A DNA stretch of 64,000 nt from Antedon mediterranea (taxonomy: Eukaryota > Animalia > Echinodermata). The notes below the pieces were generated by a model, which did no database searches, was not told where the DNA came from, and worked only from the letters and a program-made list of their open reading frames with translations. The stretch covers positions 20,381,432-20,445,431 of the forward strand of contig NC_092679.1 of assembly GCF_964355755.1 (NCBI RefSeq), in the 5' to 3' direction. Every line of letters begins with the position of its first letter. Positions within the stretch are counted from its first letter, which is position 1. Made by a program: the position numbers and the translations under genes. Below, piece after piece: positions 26,782-40,000 of the stretch.

Positions 26782-26852
26782 CGCCCCAACCGAGACTCGA
26801 ACTCGGACCGTCTGCTTGATATGCAGTTGCCTAACCATTAGACCACTGAGGC
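26782..26852 (-). tRNA. tRNA-like gene with ATC anticodon (tRNA-Asp(ATC)-like; possibly pseudogene or SINE head)
   Basis: Minus strand GCCTCAG-TG-GTCT AATGGTT AGGC-A-ACTGC ATATCAA GCAGA-CGGT-CCGAG TTCGAGT CTCGG-TTGGGGC-G, followed by ACTTTTT. Confidence 0.65.
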
Positions 26853-28123
26853 ACTCGATTGGATAGTAACACTCTCGGCGTGATACGGCGGAACAGCACT
26901 AGTCCTCATATATATATATATATGTATACCTTCATCCAAAAAAGTTAATTTTTTTTGTAAAACGTAGTTAACAAAAGTCCACACCCATTCTGTTGTATTT
27001 AAACTTTGTTTAGTTGTCCCTCTCAAAATCAACATATCAGGACTGAGTGGACCGACAGATATACTGACAAACCGAATCCTTCAACCAATTGGTAAAGTTA
27101 ACATGAAACAATTTGGCCGAAATATGTTATTCAGATAAATTCTGATTTAAAATATGTTGATAATAATCTAGAAGTGACCAACTGTCTAATGATCGACTCG
27201 AAACCGATGACAGTCGCTATAACGTACGGATGACATAAAACTGTCTACGATACCTTGCTGACTTACCAGACAGACAGACAGACAAACAGACATACTTTAC
27301 TGGATGGACGCAAATATGGGTACACAATTATCCATTAAATTACTTTATAACTGCTTTTGTTTAGCTGGTTATCTGATCGGCTGCTTGAAGAATATACACT
27401 TATCGACTAACAGACCGACATACTGTATTACCGACAGACTTACTGATAAACTGCCTGACTGATTAACAGACTGATTCCTGACAGAGCCAACTGACTGACT
27501 GACTGAATAACTAAACCAATATATTCCACATTTTAGGCGTCTGGTTAGGCCTTTTTTATATCGTTTTACTTTAAAGATGATGTAGCCTACTAAAAAAGTG
27601 TTGGTTCCGTTTCGTTGCAGCTTACCAACCCAGGCCTAACAATAACAAACCTTTTGAATATGTTTATAACGTTCCATATTACAAACTAAATAACACTGTA
27701 TCGTCAATGTTAACGAGTGGCGAATTCAGTGTTTATCATAATATCCCAACAATATTTAATTTAAAAGTATATTATAGTATTTAAGTTGCTTTTCTATAAA
27801 AAAAAATGTATTTATTTTAAAACTTATTTAAGTTATTAAGTTATTTATTTTTGCAATATATACCTCTTCATTTATAATTTATGCCAACTTGGTTGCTGAA
27901 GTTAAAGGTTTTGAAATATTGTAAATACAGGAGAGAAACCAAATCTTTATTTAAGATTTTAAATTATTTATTTAAATATTTTAGGCTGCTGGTCGGCCAA
28001 GAATTTGCATGGATCATTTTGTAAGCTTCAAACACACGTGCCAAAAAACCACAGTCATTTTAAGATTTGTTAGTTTAAAAAACTTTATCGCAAACGGTTC
28101 TTCAAAACGACGAAATACTGTAA

Positions 28124-28298
28124 AGGCCAATTTACACAGACGAGCGGTAATAAAAATATAGAATCTATAAGTTACTCCTTACACACGTCACAACCGCGGA
28201 GCGGACGGGAGGTTTCCGCTCAGGATAAAAATACAGATTCTACGTGTGGGACAAGCTACGCGGTTTTCCGCTTACCGCTCGTATGTGCAAATTGGCCT
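28124..28298. mobile_element. Harbinger-type MITE family 2 (other copies ~7385-7478 partial and 46449-46633)
   Basis: TAA-AGGCCAATTTACACAGACGAGCGGTAA..TTACCGCTCGTATGTGCAAATTGGCCT-TAA. Confidence 0.75.
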
Positions 28299-29370
28299 TA
28301 AGTAGGGGATCATAGAATATAGGCCTGTGCCTCCACAACTCATGTTTGCTCGTATAACCAGCTTCGATATGAATTCTTCTTTTCTTTGTGGAAATCTAAC
28401 TGTATTTTCAAATAGGTTGGATGTCAATTGTTCTTTTCTATATTTTCACAAAGACATATTAAAACATGATTATTGATTTACAACAAATAGTATTATTATT
28501 TATATTTTGGTTTAGATTAAGAAAATAACTATAAAGACGTATAAACAAATGTAATATAGTTAACCAAATGATCTGAAATAATATAGACCTATAATTGTGC
28601 TATAGGTCCGTCCGTAACGTACCTCCTTACAATGTTATTATAAGCTACCGTACCATGTTTCACGTTAGAATAGGGGCTTTTGGGATTTCATGATGTCGTC
28701 ACCGAACGTAATAGGGTGTAACAAATACTACCGCGCATGTTTAAAAAGCAATCGGCGTTATGGTAGCTATAAAATACTACTATACACCGACATTTTTGCA
28801 GACGATCGATTATCGCAAAGCCGATTGGTTTGTACGCATGCGCTGTGTAGTATCGTAGTGTTTTGTGCCACACGTCATTGAAAAACCTTTAAGCATGGTT
28901 GCCAAGGTTGCAACGCAAGGTGACGTTACCGCACCGCAACTAATTTGACCAATTACAAGCAATGGATGATTTAACCAATGACAAGCGACAGCTCGAACCA
29001 TCACTTGTGATTGGTCAATTACTTGCGTTGCGTCCTAAGTGGGACCGGAACTAAGCTTTAATTTCACCTAACGTGTTTGTTTATTGTTAAGATAATTTTG
29101 TCTTTATTGGTTAACACCCATTCATACAGTAGAACTATTTTAAATACAAAATGACAATAAACATTGCTGTTATTTAACACTCAATCTTGTCTTTATTACT
29201 TGGCAAAATAGTAGGCCTACTTACTGTTATTTTTTCAATTTTTGTGATTTTTTCTGTGTAAATAGGTATATACATACAGGACATGCCTATTCAATTTCAA
29301 GGAAATCGGACAATTGAATTTCCAGGAAATCGGACCATTGATAATTTCACAAATAAAAAAAGAAACATTA

Positions 29371-30643
29371 GGCCAAATAAAAAAACATACTTGTTAAGCG
29401 TCACCGCCCGCTCCTGATTATCCAGCCGCCTCTCTTTTTATTTTTATTTTTTTTTTACCCATATAGGCCTATAACGGAAAGTTCAGCGGCCGGCCCAGCT
29501 CCAGAGCAGGGCTCAAAATTCACGCTAGCAAACTAGCATTTTGCTAGTAGATTCTTCATAATTGCTAGTTGAAAATTTCAAAACTAGCAAATATTTGCTA
29601 GACTGGTGTTTTGAAAAATACGTACTTCTTTCTTAGCTTAGCCACGCTAGCTAGCCACCGATCGCTCTATGTCGACAACGGTAATTTTGGTGAAAACAAT
29701 TGTTTCATTTACACGCCGCCGATTTACGTCAAGGAAACGCGAATAGCACCGCGAATCATGTAATGTGGTAAACAGCAAGCTTTTTCCCCCCAACACATTA
29801 AATCACGTGCATTTAGTACGTCGATGAGGATTACATCATCAGTCACGTGATTACAGAATACACGATTATCAATTTAGGGATTTAACGAAATAAATATTTT
29901 GCCTACACAGTGGTCGAAGCGCGTTTTTTATAGGTTCGTAAATAGGAAACACCCCATACATAATGGACTCTACCAATTTTGTTTACGATGATCTCGCGCT
30001 CGAGATCGGCACACCACCACGAGGTCCTGTTGGGCGATGGGTTTTCTTATGCCTGGTTTACCTGTGGAATAATTATACACACTTTTCGCATCACAACTTT
30101 AAATACTGATTTACACAGCAATTGGCAAAAGATTCATCAAAGAAGAATGAATACGTTGAATAAAAATTCACTTAAGAAATGCCGTAAGCTGTTTTCAAAC
30201 TATAAATCAGCCCAATATTTAGTATTATTGAGACCAACATCATGCTTCTCGCGATAGGGAATTTCCTGGATAGATGAGTCGAGCGAGAGACGGCGGACCA
30301 TGGCCGATGAGTGAGGCAGGCGGCGGTAGCAGCTTGGACGGATTAGCCTAGGGCCTACAATTTCGCTCGGTGGCAATTAAATTTAATGTTTTAATTACGT
30401 CTGGATATAAACAATACAAAACTCAATTTTGTCATCGGCAATAATATTTCATACATAGTCAATTTTGTTCTGTTTCGCATTTTAAAAGTTTGACGTTTCG
30501 TCCTAAAAAAAAGTGGGCCTAAACGTCCATCACGCAAAAATATACCTCCATAAAAAGTAAAAAAAAAAAAAAAAAAACCGTCCCCCCGCCCCTGAAAATT
30601 TATGAGGGTGTGACGCTTAACAAGTATTTTTTTTTATTTGGCC
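29371..30643. mobile_element. Non-autonomous DNA transposon with TTA target duplication (Zator- or Harbinger-like)
   Basis: TTA-GGCCAAATAAAAAAACATACTTGTTAAGCGTCAC..GTGACGCTTAACAAGTATTTTTTTTTATTTGGCC-TTA. Confidence 0.78.
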
Positions 30644-32026
30644 TTATTCTTATAACATGGGCCGAAATTTCAACATGCACCATATTTGGCAATATTGTGA
30701 CAAGTACTTCACTCAGTTTCTGAGTGCTTTCATATCATTATCTGTCGTAAGATACAACTCTCCAGGAAGTTAAGATATCTTTGTTTCAGACATGAAGCAC
30801 ATATGTCCAGGATTTGAACCAGAAACCATGGTATGTAATAAAATAACTACGGGTAATTTATCTTCTTTTTTTTTATTAAACACGGTCAAAACCAGGTTAA
30901 TTTAATTCAATTCGTTTATTCAATAAATATTAAATAAATAGTCTCCACACATATTAAAAATACATAAAATAATAATTATATAAACACGTAAGATAATAAT
31001 TGATAATCATAATATGTCTGGAAGGAAAACTTTAAAATGTTACGCCCAAAAATGTTGGGAAGAAAAATAAACAGAATTCACCCCCCCCCCCCCCCAACCT
31101 TCCCTCCTGATTACCCTCACACTGTGCTCATTGATGGTGGCGCTGTCAACTTAGTGCCTTCATATAAAGAGTTACGACATTGGATTATAGTCACGTGATA
31201 TGCAGATCAATTTGTGTCAAACTTGTCTCCATTAATGCATGTAAAGAATAGGAGCAAGAAAATACTTTAAACTTTTTCTTATATTTAAATAAATGTAATT
31301 GCACATTTTACGGTGAAATATCGATGTGCACAGCGTAAAGAAGTACTTGCGGCAACGAATATTGCGCGCGCGTGCGCTAGTACATTATAAAGTTCGATTG
31401 ATTGATTCTGGAACGAAACATCCCATAACTACGTCCTATTAATAACAATTATGTAGGCCTAACATTTTAAATTCATAATGCATGCTTTGAGGACTAAATA
31501 AAATAAAAAAAGTGTCGTGGATATATTTGTTAATATATTGAATAGCGTATGAACACTATTAAAATAATAAAGGCAAATTATTACAAATGAAATGATGAAC
31601 GAGTCTCTGAAAGTTTGTGTCAAAAACACACAGAGAGCCATATACTGTATAAAAAGAGGGGTGAATTTGTGTGTTTTTTGTATTGGTTCATGCTTTGATG
31701 TATTCTGACTTGCATGTAGGCCCTAGCATTTATTCTTTTGTTATTATAGACACAATATATATATGTTACCAAATTAATACCATTAATAAAATTACTAAAA
31801 TAAAAACGGAATATAAGCGTTATTTCATAGACAAAAAAATCTAAAAATAATGCATGAACTACAGGAAAACGCTATACAAAATAGACGCGCGCGCCCTCAG
31901 CGTGCGAATTCTTTGACACAAAAATGGCTTCTAATTTTCAATGTCGTAACTCTTTGAGCGCCTTTCTTTCTCTTCTTGCTTTTTGTTGCATTGTTCTCAG
32001 TACCAAAATAGGTCGTAATAATCATA

Positions 32027-32203
32027 ATGACAGAAAATGGAGAATCAAAGAACGATTCGGCAACGCAAAATAGCTGTTCTAAAAGACGAAAAATATCTAA
32101 CAACAATGTAACCGTTGTTTTAGGAGCACAATGGGGAGATGAGGGTAAAGGAAAAGTTGTTGACATGCTTGCGACAGAGGCAAATTTTGTTTGTCGATGC
32201 GGG
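32027..32203 (+). CDS. ADSS: ADSS exon 1
   Basis: [20 protein letters not shown]-loop; donor GTAAGT at 32204. Confidence 0.92.
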
Positions 32204-35200
32204 GTAAGTGCAATTCTCTACGCGGGAGATTAACTGAGTACAGTAGGCCTAGCCTAGAGGTAGTAGTATTATAAATACCACATCCACATAATTAACTACA
32301 AGGCCTGCCTGATTCATTTGACATATAGATGTATAACTATATATACTTGTTGATATGTTTAATGTGTTATATAGCCTAGGCCTATTAATCAATAAGCTTT
32401 GTGGTAGGCCTAGTTGAAGTTTTTGTACAACCATGGCAGGTATATAAAATATACCAAATTGGCTAGTTGAGAATTCTCAACTATTACCGCAGTACGCCTG
32501 TAACGACGAAGCCTACCGGTATAATGGGATAGGCTGATTTCCTTGTTAACTTAAAGGGTCATTTAATTACTGAATTATGATTGGTAGTAAAGGAAATTTA
32601 CTGGAATCCTATTGGATGGTAAGGTGGTAGTAGGACCATGTCCATCCCATTGCAGTAATAAAGTTGAGCCACCTGCGACCATTACAATGTCCTACCATGC
32701 TAATGTAGGAGTGGGGAAATGTTATGCTTACTACTGTTTCTTTTAATAATTTAGTACAATTAATAAGAATAAAGAATACACTTAACAATATACAACAAAT
32801 AACATTAATGTACGATGTAGTTTAACACTGTTCTCAACTATAGTCATTTTGGTATACTTGAGCACATTGATAAAGAATAGGATAAAATTAACAATATACA
32901 ACAAATAACATTAATGTACGATCCCGTTTAACACTGTTCTCAACTATAGTCATTTTGGTATACTTGAGCACAGTGATAAAGAATAGGATAAACTTAACAA
33001 TATACAACAACAATGTACGATCCCGTTTAACACTGTTCTCAACTATAGTCATTTTGGTATACTTGAGCACAGTGATAGAATAGGTTAACACTGTTCTCAA
33101 CTATAGTCATTTTGGTATACTTGAGCACAGTGATAAAGAATAGGATAAACTTAGCAATAATACAACAAAAAACATTAATGTACGATCCAGTTTAACACTG
33201 TTCTCAACTATAGTCATTTTGGTATACTTGAGAACAGTGATAAAGAATAGGATAAACTTAACAATATACAACAAAAAACATTAATGTACGATCCCGTTTA
33301 ACACTGTTCTCAACTATAGTCATTTTTGTATACTTGAGCACAGTGATAAAGAATAGGATAAAATTAATAATATACAACAAATAACATTAATGTACGATCC
33401 AGTTCACCACTGTTCTCAACTATAGTCATTTTGGTATACTTGAGCACAGTGATAAAGAATAGGATAAACTTAAAAATATACAACAAAAAACATTAATGTA
33501 CGATCCAGTTTAACATTGTTCTCAACTATAGTCATTTTGGTATACTTGAGCACAGTGATAAAGAATAGGATAAACTTAAAAATATACAACAAAAAACATT
33601 AATGTACGATCCAGTTTAACACTGTTCTCAACTATAGTCATTTTGGTATACTTGAGAACAGTGATAAAGAATAGGATAAACTTAACAATATACAACAAAA
33701 AACATTAATGTACGATCCCGTTTAACACTGTTCTCAACTATAGTCATTTTGTTATACTTGAGCACAGTGATAAAGAATAGGATAAACTTAATAATATACA
33801 ACAAATAACATTAATGTACGATCCAGTTTACCACTGTTCTCAACTATAGTCATTTTGGTATACTTGAGCACAGTGATAAAGAATAGGATAAACTTAAAAA
33901 TATACAACAAAAAACATTAATGTACAATCCAGTTTAACACTGTTCTCAACTATAGTCATTTTGGTATACTTGAGCACAGTGATAAAGAATAGGATAAACT
34001 TAAAAATATACAACAAAAAACATTAATGTACGATCCAGTTTAACACTGTTCTCAACTATAGTTATTTTGGTATACTTGAGAACAGTGATAAAGAATAGGA
34101 TAAACTTAACAATATACAACAAAAAACATTAATGTACGATCCAGTTTAATTCTGTTCTCAACTATAGTCATTTTGGTATACTTGAGAACAGTGATAAAGA
34201 ATAGGATAAACTTAACAATATACAACAAAAAACATTAATGTACGATCCAGTTTAACACTGTTCTCAACTATAGTTATTTTGGTATACTTGAGAACAGTGA
34301 TAGAATAGGATAAACTTAACAATATACAACAAAAGACATTAATGTACGATCCAGTTTAACACTGTTCTCAACTATAGTCATTTTGGTATACTTGAGAACA
34401 GTTATAAAGAATAGGATAAACTTAACAATATACAACAAAAAACATTAATGTACGATCCCGTTTAACACTGTTCTCAACTATAGTCATTTTGGTATACTTG
34501 AGCACAGTGATAAAGAATAGGATAAACTTAGCAATATACAACAAAAAACATTAATGTACGATCCAGTTTAACACTGTTCTCAACTATAGTCATTTTGGTA
34601 TACTTGAGAACAGTGATAAAGAATAGGATAAACTTAACAATATACAACAAAAAACATTAATGTACGATCCCGTTTAACACTGTTCTCAACTATAGTCATT
34701 TTGGTATACTTGAGCACAGTGATAAAGAATAGGAAAAACTTAATAATATACAACAAATAACATTAATGTACGATCCAGTTTACCACTGTTCTCAACTATA
34801 GTCATTTTGGTATACTTGAGCACAGTGATAAAGAATAGGATAAACTTAAAAATATACAACAAAAAACATTAATGTACGATCCAGTTTAACACTGTTCTCA
34901 ACTATAGTCATTTTGGTATACTTGAGCACAGTGATAAAGAATAGGATAAACTTAAAAATATACAACAAAAAACATTAATGTACGATCCAGTTTAACACTG
35001 TTCTCAACTATAGTTATTTTGGTATACTTGAGAACAGTGATAAAGAATAGGATAAACTTAACAATATACAACAAAAAACATTAATGTACGATCCAGTTTA
35101 ACTCTGTTCTCAACTATAGTCATTTTGGTATACTTGAGAACAGTGATAAAGAATAGGATAAACTTAACAATATACAACAAAAAACATTAATGTACGATCC

Positions 35201-37038
35201 AGTTTAACACTGTTCTCAACTATAGTTATTTTGGTATACTTGAGAACAGTGATAAAGAATAGGATAAACATAACAATATACAATAAAAAACATTAATGTA
35301 CGATCCAGTTTAACTCTGTTCTCAACTATAGTCATTTTGGTATACTTGAGAACAGTGATAAAGAATAGGATAAACTTAACAATATACAACAAAAAACGTA
35401 CATTAATGTACGATCCCGTTTAACACTGTTCTCGACTATAGTCATTTTGGTATACTTGAGCACAGTGATAAAGAATAGGATAAACTTAACAATATACAAC
35501 AAAAAACATTAATGTACGATCCCGTTTAACACTGTTCTCAACTATAGTCATTTTGGTATACTTGAGCACAGTGATAAAGAATAGGATAAACTTAATAATA
35601 TACAACAAATAACATTAATGTACGATCCAATTTACCACTGTTCTCAACTATAGTCATTTTGGTATACTTGAGCACAGTGATAAAGAATAGGATAAACTTA
35701 ATATACAACAAAAAACATTAATGTACGATCCCGTTTACCACTGTTCTCAACTATAGTCATTTTGGTATACTTGAGCACAATATACAACAAATAACATTAA
35801 TGTACACCATTCTGTTCAACACTGTTCTCAACTATAGTCATGTTCATATACTTGAGCACAGTGATAATATGAAAAACATAATAACACTATAATATTTGTA
35901 GATGAATGACGCGGACACGTACATATGTTCATAAGTAATTGATATAAATTGACTTTTAAAAGTGGAATTAACACAAATGATTGTAGATAAATATGACGTG
36001 AATTGCACGTACATAATGTTGATGAGTAGTATATTTATATAAATCGACTTTGAAAAGTGAAATAACACTAATATTTGACTCTCTGTCACATTTACATATC
36101 ACACGTTAGACCATTAATGGAATATGCAGCTCCTGTTTGGTGTAATATCCCAGATAAATTAAGTGATGAACTAGAAAATATCCAGATTTCTGCAGGTAGA
36201 ATATGTACTGGTGCGTGGAAACATACAAGTCATAATGCATTAAGACAAGAATTAGGCTGGTTATCATTGGAAAAACGTAGACAATTTCTTAACCTAATAC
36301 TGTTTTTTAAAATTATTCATAAGTTAACACCAGTGTATCTTTACTCCTTATTTAATTTTTCTGACAATATTGAAGTTTATAACTTGCGTAACATCCGAAA
36401 TATAATAATTCCATTTTGTAAGACCACATCATATCGTTTATCTTTTGTCCCATCTATTATAACACATTGGAATGAGTTAAATAATGAAATTAAAAATTCT
36501 TCATTTCTTGTTGAGTTTAAAAAATTGCTACTGAAATCCAATTTGTTTGAAACAAAAAAACGTTCTTATTATGATACAGGTGATAAGAAGATTAACCAAA
36601 TTCACACTAGAATCCGACTTGGTTTCAGCTGTCTCAATTCGCATTTATTCTTACATGGACTTCGGGACAATCCAAATTGTACTTGTGGCTTTAATGTTGA
36701 GAATCCGCTTCATTTCTTATGTTACTGCCCTAATTATAATACACAAAGAGATATTCTACTTGTAAGCGCTAACTCAATTATTGAGGATATCTTAGCCAAG
36801 GATTGTTCTTTAACATTTAATTTTACATTTTTAAGTGAAATTTTTATTTTTGGTTCCGATCTTCTTTCGAATTGTGAAAATGCTTTATTATTTTATTATG
36901 TACAACAATTTCTTGTTAATTCTGGAAGATTTAATTGATGTTTCTGTTAGTTGTTTTAAAATGTTGTATTTGTTAATCTGAGGCGCCTTGAAGCTAAGAT
37001 GGTTCCATCTTGTAAGGCGCCTCTGTGTAATATACTGA

Positions 37039-37072
<34 letters not shown>

Positions 37073-40000
37073 GTACACTATTGATCATATATGAATATGA
37101 CGTGAATTGCACGTACATATGTTGATGAGTAGGCCTATATTGATATAATTGACTTCGAAAAGTGAAATAACACTGATTTGTAAATGAATATGACGTGGAC
37201 AAGTACATTTATTGATGAGTATATTGATAAATCGACTTTTAAAAGTGAAATAACACTAATATTTATAGATGAATATGACGTGGACACGTACATATGTTGA
37301 TGAGTATATTGATATAAATCGACTTTTAAAAGAGGAATTAACACTATTGATTGTTGACGTGAATTGCACGTACATATGTTGATGAGTGTATTGATATAAA
37401 TCGACTAAACGTTAAATAACACTATCTTGTACAAGTACCCTCACTTGCACTGATGAAGGGCTAGTGTTGCCCGAAAACTCTGCTAACTTTTCTGGCTGTT
37501 TTACTTTATCGTTTTGATTTAGCTTTTCGCTTCTTTTTTTTGTATCTCCATGGAGACCACAGCATTATTATTATTTCAGTATTTTGCCTTTGGATTTACT
37601 AATATTAAAAGTGAAATAACACTAATGACTGTAGATGATATGACATTTATGTTGATGTATATAGTTTTGTATATATAATATGCACACGTACATACGTTGA
37701 TAGGTATTGATATAAATAGATTTTTAAAAGTACGGTAATAGACACTTTATTTGTAGATGAATACGACATGGACAAGTTGCAATAAATTCTATCGTTATAT
37801 CGTATGTTGATGAGTATTGATATAAATCGACTTTTTTAAAGTAGAATAACACTAAAATGTATAGATGGATATGGCCTCAACAAGTATTGTATTAAGCGGT
37901 ACTGTATATTGATAGACTTCATACCTGTAATGTCAATGAAATCTGGCAACAAGAATTGTGTTTGATCCTCCTAATAGTATTCTAATAATCTTGGTTTGTA
38001 AAGGAGGCATGAAAAATCTAAACGCATAGCCAGGGGAGGGGTTGGAGTTTCGAACAAACTTCCCTGTGCCCGTCCTACGGTTTTTGTGAACTTTTTAGTA
38101 GCGTGCAAACGCGACTCTACAGCTCACTATGTCGATCGGTCGGTCGGTAAACACCAACTCAAATTTGAGCACGCGACTGCAGCCATGTATAGGCCTATGG
38201 CCTGTTTATACTAGAAATCAGCAGTGAAAGTATATGTAAATAATATGTGTTAATATAGAATTAGTTTTTTTATTTTTTAATTTAATAAATAGTATTAAAG
38301 TTGATCTTATTCTTTATCTGTGATTAATTATACTCAAATGACTATAGTTTAAAACAGTATTAAACGGCATCTTACATTAATGTTATTTGCTGTTTATTCG
38401 AAGTTTATCCTATTCTTTATCACTGTGCTCAAATATACCAAAATGACTATAGTTGAGAACAGTGTTAAACTGGATCGTACATTAATGTTATTTGTTGTAT
38501 ATTGTTAAGTTTATCCTATTCTTTATCACTGTGCTCAAGTATACCAACATGACTATAGTTGAGAACAGTGTTAAACTGGATCGTACATTAATGTTTTTTG
38601 TTGTATATTGTTAAGTTTATCCTATTCTTTATCACTGTTCTCAAGTATACCAAAATGACTATAGTTGAGAACAGTGTTAAACTGGATCGTACTTAATGCT
38701 ATTTGTTGTATATTATTAAGTTTATCCTATTCTTTATCACTGTGCTTAAGTATACCAAAATGACTATAGTTGAGAACAGTGTTAAACGGGATCGTACATT
38801 AATGTTTTTTGTTGTATATTGTTAAGTTTATCCTATTCTTTATCACTGTGCTCAAGTATACCAAAATGACTATAGTCGAGAACAGTGTTAAACTGGATCG
38901 TACATTAATGTACGTTTTTTGTTGTATATTGTTAAGTTTATCCTATTCTTTATCACTGTTCTCAAGTATACCAAAATGACTATAGTTGAGAACAGTGTTA
39001 AACTGGATCGTACTTAATGCTATTTGTTGTATATTATTAAGTTTATCCTATTCTTTATCACTGTGCTCAAGTATACCAAAATGACTATAGTTGAGAACAG
39101 TGTTAAACTGGATCGTACATTAATGTTTTTTGTTGTATATTTTTAAGTTTATCCTATTCTTTATCACTGTTCTCAAGTATACCAAAATGACTATAGTTGA
39201 GAACAGTGGTAAACTGGATCGTACATTAATGTTATTTGTTGTATATTATTAAGTTTATCCTATTCTTTATCACTGTGCTCAAGTATACCAAAATGACTAT
39301 AGTTGAGAACAGTGTTAAACGGGATCGTACATTAATGTTATTTGTTGTATATTGTTAAGTTTATCCTATTCTTTATCACTGTGCTCAAGTATACCAAAAT
39401 GACTATAGTTGAGAACAGTGTTAAACGGGATCATACATTAATGCTATTTGTTGTATATTATTAAGTTTATCCTATTCTTTATCACTGTGCTCAAGTATAC
39501 CAAAATGACTATAGTCGAGAACAGTGTTAAACGGGATCATACATTAATGTTATTTGTTGTATATTATTAAGTTTATCCTATTCTTTATCACTGTGCTTAA
39601 CTATAGCAAAATGACTATAGTTGAGAACAGTGTAAACTGGATCGTACATTAATGTTATTTGTTGTATATTATTAAGTTTATCCTATTCTTTATCACTGTG
39701 CTCAAGTATACCAAAATGACTATAGTCGAGAACAGTGTTAAACGGGATCGTACATTAATGCTATTTGTTGTATATTATTAAGTTTATCCTATTCTTTATC
39801 ACTGTGCTCAAGTATACCAAAATGACTATAGTTGAGAACAGTGTTAAACGGGATCATACATTAATGTTATTTGTTGTATAATGTTAAGTTTATCCTCTTC
39901 TTTATCACTGTGCTCAAGTATACCAAAATGACTATAGTTGAGAACAGTGTTAAACGGGATCATACATTAATGTTATTTGTTGTATAATGTTAAGTTTATC

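Larger units (their letters stand above)
35875..37915 (+). repeat. Degenerate ~82-86 bp tandem repeat in the foldback centre, interrupted by LINE and hammerhead-bearing insertions
   Basis: Recurrent AATAACACT..GAATATGACGTG..ACGTACATATGTTGATGAGTATATTGATATAAATCGACTTTTAAAAGTG on both sides of the LINE. Confidence 0.75.

Noticed and set aside
32888-33100. ORF with repeated [21 protein letters not shown] (also 40719-40904)
   Set aside because: Chance open frame in the 106-bp satellite, whose length is not a multiple of 3.
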